DNA of 64,000 nucleotides, taken from the NCBI RefSeq assembly GCF_001194135.2, contig NC_068993.1, positions 49,736,915 to 49,800,914 of the forward strand. Direction: 5' to 3'. A program made the position numbers and the translations under genes. Source of the DNA: Octopus bimaculoides. Taxonomy: Eukaryota. Below, in pieces: positions 38,809-53,949 of this stretch; the stretch's first letter is position 1, and each line of letters begins with the position of its first letter. Below the pieces are notes generated by a model. The model ran no database searches. It saw only the letters and a program-made list of their open reading frames with translations, and was not told where the DNA came from.

Positions 38809-41800
38809 TATTATCCCATTCTCTGTATTAAATTTAATAACTTATTTCTTTAACTTCTGTTTTTCATCTTTCTGAGATGATACAATAGATACCAGTAATA
38901 TACTAGTGAACAATACTAAATGTTTACATCAGCAATATAAAATCATTTCTGAAATAATAATTAATTTTAAACCACAGATTTGAATTTTTGATTTAGATGG
39001 CCCCAGTTGAAGCTTATATTGTCTATAGCAATGTTAAAAACTTTTGACATTTATACCTACACTGTGCATACAAGTCACACCTCTGTAGTTTCCTGTAATG
39101 AATAAATTACTTTGCAGTTATCATAAGACTGGACTCAGCACTGTGTGAACATCTGCTGACAATTGGAATTGAACTTGCTGCTTGTGGTACCAAACAGCAA
39201 TGATTTCAAACTGTCTATGGTACTTAAACCTGCTGCAGCTTTGATGAAGTGAATTGAACAATTGTTCTACTGGCTGCACCACTGGAAACTGAAATGTGAT
39301 AGATAGACTGTGACATCAAAACTGGAAGGTTATTAATGACATTAAAAGATTGTTAACGATATGAAGAAAATTTATGGCTCTTCATGGTGAAATAGACAGG
39401 AAGCTGAGGAAGAGATGATAGGGGCCACTTCCTGTCGGTCTGTTCAAGTTGATCTACTGATTCTTGCCATCCACGTCATGCCTTCACAACAGACATGACT
39501 CCTCAACATAAAGTCACCTTGGTCGTTTTATAACTTGCTACAATTAATAGGCTCAGTTGAAACGTTTAATCTCTGCTGTTGTTTCTCAGCCGTGCACACT
39601 AATAAACACAAACGCAATTCACATGCACGCGCACAAACATATGAGCACACAAAACTAACATGCGTGCACACATGAATACACTGGCAGGATCACACACACT
39701 CACAAATATATTTGCAGATACAAATATACAAGTGTACACACATACATGTACACACACAAATACACATGCACACACAAACACACAAGTGTATACACATGTG
39801 TGAACATGTTAATACACAGATGTACATGCGCACTCACACAAGTATTCATGTATGTCCACAAATACAGGCTGTGCAAATATACTCACATTGCATGAAGAGG
39901 GCTCCCTTGAACACCATAAGTTATTTGTATTCAGGAACATACTCCAATACACTCCCACATACGTGTACACACATATGTTCCCAAATATACACACATTTTA
40001 ATATACACATGTTCTAACTTAACGTGCATACACACTTTTACCGATTTTGCAACATATACACACATGCTCTAACACAATGCTTAAATCTGTGTTCACACAT
40101 GTTTCAATGTACATACACACACATACTCTTATTATACACACATATTCTAAAATGTATATATATTTAAAGTGTCCAATGCCTATTTGGGTATCTAATGTGT
40201 TCATCTACAGTCAAAGCATATCCTGCTGAACAAACATAACACAACATATGCATGTGCACAAATACTCGTTCTTTTACTAATTTTGGTATTGCTCTCTTCT
40301 CGTGGCATTTGAATCAAACCTAACCCAGAAGAAAGATTCCCAGAGGCAGTACCAATAAGTATTGTTCCACGAGAGAAGAGATCTCTGTTGGTTAAACTTC
40401 ACATATATACATACACGTAGATACATGCAAACACTTCTGTTCTGAAATATAGCAATAAAAACCATAGAACTGTGACTATTTAATGGGGAACCCATCTGGG
40501 CCCTTGTCAAGTGCCATAGCAACAAATCCATTTGGGAAATACTAAATCTGCTTCTATACTTCCCTGTTCTCTTTTTCATGTATGTCATAAAGAGTCAACT
40601 TGTTAAATGAGAAGAAAGAACATCTAGAAAAACCTCCCATTCTCACAAAACAAGGCAATGTTAGTAATAGAAATTGGTTGCAGAAATGTTGTTAAGGCAT
40701 CGAAATGATACTGACAGTATGAAAACGAGATTCTGTATATGCATAACTTGTAATTCCTCTGTGTACTTAACCTTGTATTTGGCTACTACTCTATGTCAAA
40801 GATTCTTGTTGCTGAGTTAAACATCTAAGAATATGCAGTTCTTTTATATCTCTACCAACCTATATACAGAAACACACACATACACACACACTTTTATATG
40901 CAGGAACACAGGCATAAATGTGTATAAATACATTATGTATGTGTATGTATGTATGTATGTATGTATATTTGTGTATGTGTTTGTGTGTGTATATATTTTT
41001 CTAAAGAAAGATTAGAAAATCTTTCACATGCATCCTATTAAAAAGTTAAAGTTGCCTTTATGAAAATCTCAATACCATTTTCTTTTTTTTTTTAGCAAAC
41101 TTTTAAAAGAAGAATATAATTTGTCTATTCTAATTCTTATATATATACCTTATTATTTGTTTTGTTATTCATTTTCTAAGCAAATTTTGGAAAAAGGTTG
41201 GTTTTGCTTCAGAATCTTATTTTCTTTAGAATTTATTTCATTTTTCATTCTTTTCATACCACTTGCTTTGAGCATCATACAACAGGAGAAGAGTTGTTTA
41301 ATTGTAAGCTATCCTTGCATTTATATACATTTCTACACACAAATTCACTCTCTCTTTTCCCCTTCATTTCTCTCTCTCTCATTACTTTATTTTCTCTCTA
41401 TCTCTCACAACTTAGCCCAGTGTATCTGTAGAGTGATATTGGGGCAATAATTCTTTATAAATGATATATTTTTCTTTCAACTTTCATGCTCCTCTTATGA
41501 GACACTTCAAAATGTTTACATTTACTTATAGCTTATGAAATTATTTAAGTAAAATTCATGGTAACTTTTTTTTTTCAAACTTCCTAGAATAATGTCCTTC
41601 TGATTATAAGTTTTCCGAAGTTTAACTGAAAGACATATAAATAAGAAAATTAAATATAAGTCATACAAATAAGAATAATAAAATAAAAGTTATAAAAATT
41701 TCAGATAGAAATCAAATAAACTCATAATTTAACTACAGTTTAGGTCAATGTTTTTATTTTGATATTTCCCCATTTCTGAAAATTTCACTCTCATACTTTT

Positions 41801-42282
41801 GCATAGGTTTCATTTTTATGCTAGAGTTGTTGTTATTATTGATTTATTTGTGTATTTTTCTTCAAATTTGCATCTTATCATTTCAATCGTTTTGTACTTC
41901 ATCCACTTCAGGTGCCATATTTCATGCTTTAATAATGTTACCATTTCTATAGATATGTCAAGTATAATGATAAAAACAGAATATGCAAGGCTTCTTTAGA
42001 AGGTTGTCTTGATTATAATTTCTTTTTCTCTCTTCTTCATTTTCTGACAATGTTGACTGACATAATTCAATATCAGTAACAGTTGTGTGGTTATGAATTT
42101 CACTTTGCTACTGCATGGCTTTGGGTTCAATCCCATGATGTGGAACCTAGAACAATTGTCTTTTTTTTTTATAGCTTCAGGTTGATCAAAGTCTTGTGCA
42201 TTAAACTTGGTGCCTGAAAACTATGCAGAAGCTCTTTGGGTGTCTTTAGTGATGTCCACTCCATTGCAAGTATTTGAACCAG

Positions 42283-42720
42283 GGGTTGGACGATTTGACT
42301 GAGGACTGGTGAACCAGAAGGCTACACCAGGCTGCAATCTGATTTGGTAGAGTTTCTACAGCTGGATGCCCTTCCAAATGCCAACCACTCCGAGAGTGTA
42401 GTGGGTGCTTTTACGTGCCACCAGCACAAAGGCCAGTCAGGCAGTACTGGTAACGGCCGCGCTCAAAATGGTGTATTTTATGTGCCACCCACACAAGGGC
42501 CAGTCCAAGGGCACTGGCAATGATCTCGCTCGAAAGTCCTTACACATGCCGCGGGCACAAGTGCCAGAAAGGCGACACTGGTCACAGGTACCATCACGAT
42601 TTCACTTTCGCTTGCCCCAACAGGTCTTTACAAGCTGAGTTTCGTGTCCAATGAAGGAGACGACGTTGGCATGGGTGCCAGTTGTCGAATTTAGATGCTG
42701 TCCTTTCTTCTCTAAGACAT
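42283..42720 (-). mobile_element. RTE-like LINE/SINE 3' portion, longest copy in the window
   Basis: GGGTTGGACGATTTGACTGAGGACTGG...GCTGGATGCCCTTCC...; extends further 5' than the other copies. Confidence 0.85.
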
Positions 42721-42991
42721 AAAATCAATGGAGAGAAAGAAAAATTTTTAAAATTAACAGGTCTATCCTGTTTTTGATTTCTTGGTGCAAATATAAGAAA
42801 TAACATACAAACCGTTAGCTAATCTCTTGTTCTCTTGGATGTCAGCATGTAGTGATTCTATTCAGATGTTATTAAACTACATGCTATATATAAAGAATGT
42901 GCATGCATTCAAGTAATTTGTTATCCTCATATGTATGTAAAAGTTTTGTTTGGATAACATTAGTTTTACTGCATAAATGTATGCGTTTGTT

Positions 42992-43038
<47 letters not shown>

Positions 43039-43864
43039 TGTGTCTCCAGTTATTACACCCACTTATTATGTACACAAGCATATGTAGCATGTTTTTATGC
43101 ATACTATATGTTGTGTATATGTTTGCGTGTAGAACTATAGAAGAGTAAAAATCAAAACTTTATTGTAATAAGTCATCGTAACTGGAGCTGATATATTACA
43201 TGTCTATTGGTTGTCTTGTAATCACTAAATAAGGCCAGTGTCTATGATTAATAACATTTAGACACTATCAGCTGTCTGAACAGAAATGATTCTAAATCAC
43301 CATGTGACGTCCTGTTATTCATTGGGCAGCTGGTAGTTGTGGTGATGGTGGGTACTGTAGACCCTGAAACTAATGGATGAGGTAGAGGAAGGGATTTTGC
43401 TAGGTGGTATAAAGGGCCATCATGAAGATCTCTTGATTTAACACTAAGTACTCTTTTCCTATTTGCTCCTTCTCTCCTTTTCCATCTCTCTCTTTCCCTC
43501 TATGTTTCCCTCTGCTTCTTTCAGTGTTCCTCTTCCACTGTCTTCTTATATTGATAGTACAGCCAATATCTAGGTTTTCAATCAAACTCAATCAAAAATG
43601 GCTTCTTATGATAAATCTCCTGCTTAAGCAATTTCACCTTTCTCAGACAAACATGGCAACTCTTCCTCTATTTCCTTGTTGAAACAATATCTCTTTAATT
43701 CATACACAGATGTATGCATGCATGCATACACATATGCCCTTACGTTCCCACCTTAAGAAAAAAAGTTCTATTACTTGGAGATAACCTTATCTAAAATTTA
43801 ATTCTAAAGACCAAGGTTGACATAAAATATTCTTTTTCTTCTTCTCACTCACTCTTTTCTTGTT

Positions 43865-44105
43865 TTCTTCTTCTTCCATTTCCTTATGACCACTACCATC
43901 ACAACAACCTCCACCACTGCTACCATCATCGCAACAACAACCTCCACCACCACTACCACTACCGGAATCACCATAAGCACCAAGGTCACAATTACCACCA
44001 CCACCACCACCACCACTACCACCCTTGTCACAAACGCTGCCAATACAATCTCCACCTCCACTGCTACTGCTCCCACCACCATCACCACCATCGTAATCAT
44101 TATCA
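43865..44105. repeat. Degenerate (ACC/ACT/ATC)n trinucleotide tract
   Basis: Source of the poly-Thr/poly-Val ORFs. Confidence 0.9.
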
Positions 44106-44944
44106 GTTTTAGATCATTTCTTCCATGTTAGTGTGATTTAGACAGATTCGCAATACAACAAACATTTTCTGTTTTTTTCTTTTCTCTTCCCTCCCCATGA
44201 TGTCCACTGCAGTTTTATGGTTAAGTCTTTTCTGCAAATTCCCATTTGCTTCTACTGTGAAAATCTCCCATTACCAAACAAAAAAACAGAGCTTCTCCTT
44301 AGTCTTCCAATCTACTAGATATAACAGCAAAACACCATTAAAACAAACCAGATCATTTTTTTTTTTTTTTTTTAAAGAGGAATACGATGGACATAGCTGG
44401 AATACCTTTGATCATAGGCCTGGTTGTCAGAGCTAAACCTAGGGTTAAACAGCACCAACAAAAACAGCTTTCCATTGTCAACTAATGAAATAGTTTGATT
44501 CTGCTTTAAACCATATCTTTATTGATAGCTTTGATTACCAAATCAATTTTCATTACTTTTCTTGTGCCCAGTCTTTCTTACAAATAAGACTGAGTTCAGA
44601 TTTGTAGACCAATCTGCTTTTTGTTGTTTTATTAATTTTGTTGCGACTCCTAAATTTAACTTAATCCATACTGTTTGCTCATCATCATCATTGTCATTAT
44701 AATTTTTTTTTTTCACTTGGTATGTCTCAGTAATTGAACTTGAAATATCTTCATGGTAATGTTTTTTGTAAGAACCAATTGTCGTTATAATTTTTTTTTT
44801 TTTTTGTTATTTCTTTTTGTTATTCATTCATCCTTCTTCACCTTTCATTAGAAAGAAAATTATCTGTTCCATCTGTTCCCGGCAGATTTAATTGCTCATC
44901 TCAGTTTTGTATTTTTATGTAGTATTTTTAAATAGATGTTGTTG

Positions 44945-44955
44945 ATGATGATAAC

Positions 44956-44997
<42 letters not shown>

Positions 44998-45000
44998 AAT
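44945..45000. repeat. (GAT)n microsatellite
   Basis: Direct reading. Confidence 0.95.
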
Positions 45001-46456
45001 GCAACATGTTTTCTATGAGCTGAATCCTTTGAAACTTGTTTTTTGATTCCTAGCTGGAAACATTCTTGTTTTAGTGGTGTCACTGTCCTCGAGAAAGGAT
45101 GATTGTCACTGCTTCTTGTTCCCTCATTTTCTACAAGAATTCTTTATTGTATATTTTTGAGATTGATAAAAATGAATACATGGCTGCTGGAATCTTTCAT
45201 ATTGGTCACAGATTACTATATGACAATTTCAAAAGAGTTTCTTTTTCTCTCCATTCTCTTACGTTTCTATCTCATCTCATCTTTCACTGTCTTTCTATTT
45301 CCTTCTCTCTGTTTTTGTACACTTTAAACTACTCTGTTTCAACATCTTTGCCGCAGAATATATGTTTGCGTGTGTATGTTTGTGTGTGTGTGTGATATCT
45401 ATATATCTTGATTTTTCTTTCCGGTTTTGACTCTCACATAACCTCCTCTACCGACAAAATCATTCTCTCTATCCTTTTCAAAGTCAACCACCATTCGTAT
45501 TTCTCAATAGATCATTCAGAATTAAAGACTGAATAATTTTCACTGAAACACACTGAATTGTCATCCAAACAAAGAATTATGCAAGATTTCTTGCCATGTT
45601 TTTCTTCTCTTTTTCTGCCTTTTTTGCTATTTATTTCATTTCATTTTATTGTTCTGTTTTTATTCAGGCTACATGTTTACCAATCAAATGTATTTATTGT
45701 GTCTAAACATGGCTGCTTAGAGCTTGGTGTTTAAAGGAAGTTGTATATAGAACATTTTCGAGGGCGGAAGAACAGTTCCAAAGCACAATATAAGACTTAG
45801 CTGCAACTGTGAACTTTAACACACTTCCAATTATTGTATTCACACATACCTTTTCTATAGACTCTTTTATTTCATTTTTATTTCCTTCTTTTTATTGTAT
45901 CTTTACATGATGCTTTAGTTGAAGATATCGGGATCTATATATGTAGTAATATTGATTTATACAATTACCTGAACAATTTCAGTGGCTGAATAGTCAAAGT
46001 GTTGGTCCTTTCAGCCAAAGAGTTGTGAAGTTTGTATCCCATTTCTGTTGCTGTGCTGTTCCCTCCATAAAGCACTAAACATGTCACACTCCACTTCTTC
46101 TGGTAGTGAAATTGATAGATAGAGATAAAAAGCTGGAGGTTTTAATTCATTTCTGTTTGAGAATTAGACTTTCTAGTCTCCAACCTCAGATAGTCTGATG
46201 GTTTTTGAACGCCAGGATCGAATCTTCTCCTTGTATTATCCCATAATTAACTAAATAGCAAATTCTAAGGAGTATGTAGCAATCAGGAAGCCCCTTCTGG
46301 TGGTTGTAGGTTTACTCGTTATTGCTTGCATCCTTTTGTTTCCATGCATGCATGTATGCACACACATACACACACATACACACTTCCAGCCTTTTATCCT
46401 TGTCTTCACCTGCTGCATTCTCTTCTGTTGATTGGTAAACTCTCGTTAATTCTTTC

Positions 46457-46497
<41 letters not shown>

Positions 46498-48671
46498 CTG
46501 GTTCTTCTGTTTTGCTCGTTCCACTTCCCATTTTGCAATGTCTGTTGATTTACTCCATTGTCAGCTACTATTGCTTATAAGGAATCATGGCCAATTTAAG
46601 AATGCAACTTTTAGGGGCATCTCCTTCAGCCTTCTAACTATCCTTAATCTTCTCATCAAAGACCTGAAGAAACAATGTCACCTGTTTTTCTTTTTTTTAC
46701 CTTTTTGTCAATGCTTCCCTTTTCATCTCCCCATTTATAATTATTATTATTATTATTATTGTTATTGTTGTTGTCGCAATGAATCATAAGTTTCTTTGAA
46801 AAATTTGTCATTTTTCTCTCATTTTTTTTTTTGTTCACTCAAAATTTCTTAATCTTCATTGTTGTTGTTAATGTTGAAGTGACTTTTATCTCGTGTACTG
46901 TCCAATCCCTCACCCTAGAGAGGTTTGTTTTGGACAAATTGGTTGCTGTGGGAAAACTTCCTTTAGATAATTGAACAAACACTGAGTTGCAGCACTTTTT
47001 TTTTTTTTGTCATTAAGCAATACTGTCTTCTATAATAATACCTCACTTGATGGCAGTGCACATTTGAAAGATGCCAGCTGCACTTGACCATTACAAACTT
47101 TGCATAGTTTTTTTTTTTTTTTGTAGAATTTTGTTATATTGATTTCATATATTTTTTAATATGATACAAGCATTGTTTTTATGTTGTTTTTTTTTATCAT
47201 CATTCTGTAATTGTGTTATGTTTATGCTATTACTCCTCTCCTGCTCTTTTTTTTTCTTTGAGTGGAACGGACACATCAAGCACAGTTAACCTTCCTTTGT
47301 TTTCTTTTGCATGCAAAAGAAAAGTTTGATAAATATAATTCGAAAACAAAAATTCGAGTATGATAGCTGTGTGATTTTTTAAGGGGTCGGCAAGGTAGAG
47401 TTGGCAAGTAGCTTTCCTTTCTTCGTGATTCCAACTCCAATTTTTTTTTTTTCCTAGGGAATGGAGCAAGGAGTGAGAAGTGGGGTGTGTAAGCACTGGT
47501 TTAAGAAATACCAGGATATAATTGCAGCTTTCTTTTTCTTGGTTGTTGTTGTATTTGTGAAGAGTTTGAGTGTATTTCAGTTAAACTAGAAAAGTGTATG
47601 AGCATGTATTTAAATCTATATGTGGGTGTGCATTTGCTAATGTGTGAGAGGCTGTAAATTAAGAACTCTCTTCTTTTTTTTGTCATTTTCAATTTAATTT
47701 TGATTTTTCTATGTTGCTGTTTTTTTGTTTTTTTTTGTAGCTCTTGGTAATGTTATTAATGATGATGATGATGATAATGAGGAAGAATTTATTTCCCTTA
47801 TAAATTGATTCCATTAAAGTTTGTGGTAGTGTAGTTTTAATTGAAATCTATGCTTAACTATGGTAAAAGACAGTAACTGTAAATGGATCTCAGTTGTCAC
47901 TCTTCTCATTATTTATTTTGGGATTAGTAGAAATGATATATTGATGGATAAATTATTTTGTCCTATTTAGCAATATCCTTTTACCTTCTGAGATCAAATC
48001 CTGCTGAAGTAAAACTAAGACTTTCATCATTGTGGGGTCAATAGAATAAGTATGACAACAAGGCCCTAATCACCTATTCAAAAATGTGTAGCCTTCTGTC
48101 TATGAAGTTATCATTTCTCCACTGTACAGATTCTATCTAACATATTGTTTCTTTTTACTTCAAACTCACAGCCAAACCTAAACAAAAGGACTCAGAGTAC
48201 CTTTCTAAGAATATGATCTGTTCCAGAGAGGGAAAGGGTTTTTGGAGCAGTTTTGTGTCTGACCAGATGTCCACTTGTTCCTGATGGCATGATATTTTTT
48301 TCAATATTGAATCTAATTCGAATAACAATCGGCATGACTTTCCCTTTTGCTGCTGGGCATTCCCACTTTCTTGATTGTTCTATTTTTAATTCCATATATT
48401 TGTAAACTTTTCTTCTTTTTACTTTTGTCTGCAATGTTATTGCCACGAGGAATTGCAGCGTCCATTATGCATTTCTTTTGTCTTTTTTTTTTGTTTTATT
48501 TTTCTCATGTCATACATCATGATATCTTGTCTATAGTGTTCAATTATTCTGTCTGGATGTCAACCAGAATCTTTGGTTTACCAAGTTCACTTAGACTTTG
48601 TCTGGCACATGATTATGCCAGCCATCTGAAGAAATATGTACATTTCTGGTATATAATTATATAATAATATC

Positions 48672-48756
<85 letters not shown>
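48672..48756. repeat. (TAT)n microsatellite, about 28 units
   Basis: Direct reading. Confidence 0.97.
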
Positions 48757-49871
48757 TTCATATCAATGCAATAGAATTGTGTATTAAATGCCTTGAAATA
48801 TTTAGTTTCTTACTTTTGTTTTGAGGTTGACTTAGCTAGATTTTGCTTTCCATATTTCTACATTTCATAAAATAAGTATCTGTGACATATTTAAGTTAAT
48901 TTTTTTGAATCCTCATCTCTCCTAATTTGTTTGTTCAAAAGTCAGAAAACTCTTCATTATTACCTGTAGTTGTGCAGCTGGGAAAAATAGCAGCAGACTA
49001 GTCCTACGTATTTGAGTTATTTACATGGTCAGTTCAAATTCATTAATCTTTTTACTTTCTCATTTGACTATTTGGAAGAATAAATAACATAAGTACCTGC
49101 AATGCACTTAGGTTGATTACAATGATTGTAGCCATCTCCTATAGAAATTGACTTTGTACTAAGACAAAATGTAACTATAGTAGCAGCAGTAGTAGTAAAT
49201 GTTTTGCAATAGATCGACCCTGTAGTAGACGTTTCTGCTGTGACCATCCCATCTTTTATTACAACAAAGTGTCAAGAATCTTTTCATAGAATTTGGGGTG
49301 TAATTTGAGGTTGGAGCTGCTCTGAATTTTCAAGACGTTTAAACTGAAATGATCAAACTTCCCTCTCTCTCCTGAACAGAATGCAAGTGTGTGTGTTATA
49401 ACGTTGACCCTCAACGTCACTGGTACCCCTTTTTGGTTGAGTGTACACAATGTGCTACTTGGCTCAACAGTCAAATCATTGACTGGAAGCTCATCAACTT
49501 TATCACTAGATCATGCTGCTTCATTGTATGTAGTTTATAATAGATGCAGCATTTGAATCCTGCAGTGCCATCTTCTCTTTCTCCACTCTCTGTCTGTCTA
49601 CCTCTCTTTCACACACACATACACACACAATAGCCACATAACTTGATGCTGGGCAGTTTAAGATTCTCATTGAGAGGACACTGATATGTGTAATCTTAGC
49701 TGCTTAGATGAATTCTTCTGATTTGCACAGTTGTGGTATTGCTTTGGAGCAGTGGTTAGCACAGCTATACAGTCTATAGCAGATGTGTTCAAATCTTGCA
49801 GGTGAGATTACAATATTTTTCTGTCTTATATACACATGCTCCAATTTACACTGATGTATATATTTATATAT

Positions 49872-50080
49872 ATCATCATCATCATCGTTTAATGTCCGCC
49901 TTCCATGCTAGCATGGGTTGGACGATTTGACTGAGGACTGGTGAAACCGGATGGCAACACCAGGCTCCAATCTAATTTGGCAGAGTTTCTACAGCTGGAT
50001 GCCCTTCCTAACGCCAACCACTCAGAGAGTGTAGTGGGTGCTTTTACGTGTCACCTGCACGAAAACGGCCTCCGCTCGAA
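49872..50080 (-). mobile_element. RTE-like LINE/SINE 3' tail copy, 5'-truncated
   Basis: (ATC)n-GTTTAATGTCCGCCTTCCATGCTAGCATGGGTTGGACG... Confidence 0.9.
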
Positions 50081-50498
50081 ATGATATAATAGGTGTAAAT
50101 CAATGCATCAAATTTAAAAAAGAAACTGAGTACTGCATCGTATTCCTTTCTCCTAAATGGGAACTATTCAATAGAAATTGATAAAATAAATATCAGGCTG
50201 GGACTAAGGTAAGTGACAGCAAAAAAGAAAATCTTGGATGATTGTGACCAATGACTGGAAACAGAAAAAAGAATATTTATCTAAAAAAATTTATTATAAA
50301 AAGTATATTAAGAGAAGTATAGTGAGATCTTTCAGTGTTTACTAGCCCCTCTACACATACACAAACACATAAACCAATTAACTAATGTGAGTACCTCTAC
50401 ATGGTTCCTGAACCTGTTAGAAATATCAGTCAAATATCCTTTTTGTCAGACTGAGTAAAAAAGAGAAAGACTCATTAGACAATGTAATCCTAAATATA

Positions 50499-50532
<34 letters not shown>

Positions 50533-51397
50533 ATGGTCATGATTGGAACGCCTTTGACTTTAAGTCTGATCACCAAGTGCTGACTTGGGACTTAAGAACA
50601 ATGCATACATCTGAACACATAATTTGAAATATAAAATAGATAAACACATTTAAGCAGGGATTCATTCCCATCTGGACATGAAAATAACCAGACAAAACAC
50701 ACACACGTTCAAAGAATGCACACATTTCCATATGCACATACATTCAGATGCTCATGCACATATGCACACATAGCCACACTCACATCCATGCACAGACACA
50801 AGCATGCTTCGTCATTTGTTGTGATTTATTATACAATCATTATTATCAACCCCTCCTCCTTCCTAGTCCTGCTAAATAAATTGATATAAGTTGGACTGTG
50901 GCTGGAAATGCACGCAGGAGCAACAAACAAATCTTCCTCCGTCACCACTGCAAACCACCAACCGTCATTGTGACACACAGACAGACAGCCGATTAAGGAA
51001 GACAAGGTGGAGGTCAAGTAAACAAAAGTTAGCAATTAGTCAGGAATTGTATTGCCATCTATATTCTTAATTAATGATGTGTGATGGAATACATTGGTTG
51101 GGTTGTGGGGAGAGGAGATAGCAAGAACAGAGATGGGAAGGAGTCTTGTGTTGGTGATGTCGTTGGTGATAATGATGATGATCATGATGAAGGGGGGGAT
51201 AGAAATTAGAAGGGTGTCCACACTTCTGTTAAGTCTAGAGAATAATCTTGCTAACCCCTTTTATACCATACCCTTCCTCTATAAAGGCTAGCTGTTATAT
51301 TGTACCCCACCTCACATAACACACACACACTGAGTTTTTCTTTAGGGTGAGCCAAACCCCTTACAGACACTTGTTCAATGATGCACATTTATTATAC

Positions 51398-51813
51398 CAT
51401 GCTGTGTGGTAATGAAGCTTGTTTTGGAACCACATGGTTCTAGGTTCAGTTCCTCTGTGTGTGGAACCTTGAGCAAGCGTCTTCTACTATAGCCTCAGGC
51501 CAATCAAAGCTTTGTGAATGGATTTGGTAGATGGAAACTGAAAGAAGCCTAGCATATATATACATATGTATGTATGTATCTATCTATCTGTGTGTCTTTG
51601 TGTCTGTTTGTCCCTCCATCACTGCATGATAACCAGTGTTGGTATGTTTACATCCTCATAACTTAGAGGTTCAGCAAAGGAGTACGATAGAATAAGTACT
51701 AGGCTTTTAATAAATAAGTCCTTGGATCGATTCATTCAACTAAAACCCTTCAAGGTGGTGCTCCAGCATGGCCACAGTCAAATGACTAAAACAAGTAAAA
51801 AGAAGGAAAAAAG
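51398..51813 (+). mobile_element. tRNA-derived SINE family B, near full length
   Basis: GCTGTGTGGTAA...GGTTCAGTTCC head, internal (TA/TG)n, tail GGTGCTCCAGCATGGCCACAGTCAAATGACTAAAACAAGTAAAA. Confidence 0.9.
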
Positions 51814-52452
51814 AATACATTCATACACTCATGGATATGTGCTTACACATCATGCAAGCTCACATATGTTCACATATACACACATACACACGTACTTAAA
51901 GTGCAAACTCAAGTGTTCATGAACCCATATACATGCTGAGATGTGCACCAACCAACAGGCATACTGATGTACACACACATCCTCACACGTGCAAATAAAT
52001 ACACAAACATACACTGATACATACAGAAGCACTCGTGCACATGCATACGCACAAAATATATTAATGTATATTTGCAAGTACATACATATAGAAGAGCCAC
52101 ATATTTGAAAATGCACACAGATATATTATTAAAGAAATGCATAGCAGATGCATATATATATGGATATATGCAAGTATACACTGTACATGCACACGTATAC
52201 TTGCATAAATATGCATCTTCAAACTGCTACTCAAACACATGAACAAAGACAGATACATTCATATTTACAGCCATCTACACTTACAAACACCCCCGTGCAC
52301 ATGTGTTAAAAATGAGCATTATGTGGTGGAACTACATAGAATATGGTGAAAATAAGTCTGGAGATATCTTCAGCTTTTCCTGTAAGAGATGAACAAATCT
52401 TCAACTGTTAGAATTGGAAGCAACAGATTTGCTCTTCTCTTATATACATGAA

Positions 52453-52500
<48 letters not shown>

Positions 52501-52562
52501 TACATACATGCATATATACAGATACATAAATTTTTACATGTTTTTCTGGCTTTCTTAGTATT

Positions 52563-53057
52563 NNNNNNNNNNNNNNNNNNNNNNNNNNNNNNNNNNNNNN
52601 NNNNNNNNNNNNNNNNNNNNNNNNNNNNNNNNNNNNNNNNNNNNNNNNNNNNNNNNNNNNNNNNNNNNNNNNNNNNNNNNNNNNNNNNNNNNNNNNNNNN
52701 NNNNNNNNNNNNNNNNNNNNNNNNNNNNNNNNNNNNNNNNNNNNNNNNNNNNNNNNNNNNNNNNNNNNNNNNNNNNNNNNNNNNNNNNNNNNNNNNNNNN
52801 NNNNNNNNNNNNNNNNNNNNNNNNNNNNNNNNNNNNNNNNNNNNNNNNNNNNNNNNNNNNNNNNNNNNNNNNNNNNNNNNNNNNNNNNNNNNNNNNNNNN
52901 NNNNNNNNNNNNNNNNNNNNNNNNNNNNNNNNNNNNNNNNNNNNNNNNNNNNNNNNNNNNNNNNNNNNNNNNNNNNNNNNNNNNNNNNNNNNNNNNNNNN
53001 NNNNNNNNNNNNNNNNNNNNNNNNNNNNNNNNNNNNNNNNNNNNNNNNNNNNNNNNN
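52563..53057. other. Assembly gap (495 N)
   Basis: Run of N; creates the spurious long ORFs at 52.4-53.4 kb. Confidence 0.99.
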
Positions 53058-53230
53058 GAACAAACACACACATACATGCATACACACATGCATGTGCGTG
53101 CATCTGTATACATACATGTATGTACATACATGTATGTACATACATAAATATATATATGCTGATGTGTGCACACATGCACACACAAGTATATATATATGCA
53201 TTTATGTGTCTGTGTGTGTGTGTATATATA

Positions 53231-53275
<45 letters not shown>

Positions 53276-53534
53276 TTGTGTGTATGTGTGTGTACATACA
53301 TGCATACATACACATACATACATACGTACATACATACATATTTAATCCTTATTTGTTTAGAGATCATTTTTTTTTTTGGTTTTGCTAGTTGTAGTAATAA
53401 TTTCCTCATAATCTTCAGTGTTTTCATTTATTTTGATTTTTCTTTTCTTTGTGTTTTTTATTTTTTTTTATTTTGCATATAAGTATGTATGCTTAGGGTG
53501 GGGAGTGCACCAATTTTCTATTTCATTTTAAACT

Positions 53535-53690
53535 TTTTTTTAATATTTTCTTTTTTTAATATTTTCTTTATTTAATATTTTCTTTTTTAAATATTTTCTT
53601 TTTTTAATATTTTCTTTTTTTAATATTTTCTTTTTTTAATATTTTCTTTTTTTAATATTTTCTTTTTTTAATATTTTCTTTTTTTAATAT
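53535..53690. repeat. Tandem repeat of ~17-bp unit TAATATTTTCTTTTTTT, about 9 copies
   Basis: Direct reading. Confidence 0.9.
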
Positions 53691-53949
53691 AGATAATTAC
53701 TAATTATCTACAACTCTTCATCATTCTGAAAATTCTTATGTGTCAGTTATTACCATTGTTTTTTGTTTTGTTTTTTACCACAGTAACTGACTTTGGGTTA
53801 TTACTACTGCTTGCATAACTGTACTGGTTGTATGTGTTGGTTGTTACCAATGAGTGTATTACTGTGACTATACCACACTACCTGGGTGTATATATTTCAC
53901 TGTCTGTTCTATCGCGACTCAAACATCAACACAAACATAAAAAATTTAC

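Noticed and set aside
39120-39200. Penelope GIY-YIG remnant (DSALCEHLL)
   Set aside because: Similarity covers fewer than 10 residues and is not supported by neighbouring motifs
40293-40381. miRNA-like hairpin from a 13-15-bp inverted repeat
   Set aside because: Only the outer arms pair, they are low-complexity CT/GA, and the 60-nt interior does not pair
43300-43420. CRE-CCAAT-TATA promoter
   Set aside because: Short motifs expected by chance in AT-rich DNA; no CpG cluster or downstream exon evidence
52370-53482. Long ORFs of 253-324 aa
   Set aside because: Open only because they span the N gap
53535-53690. CRISPR array
   Set aside because: Contiguous tandem units without unique spacers, eukaryotic context, no cas genes
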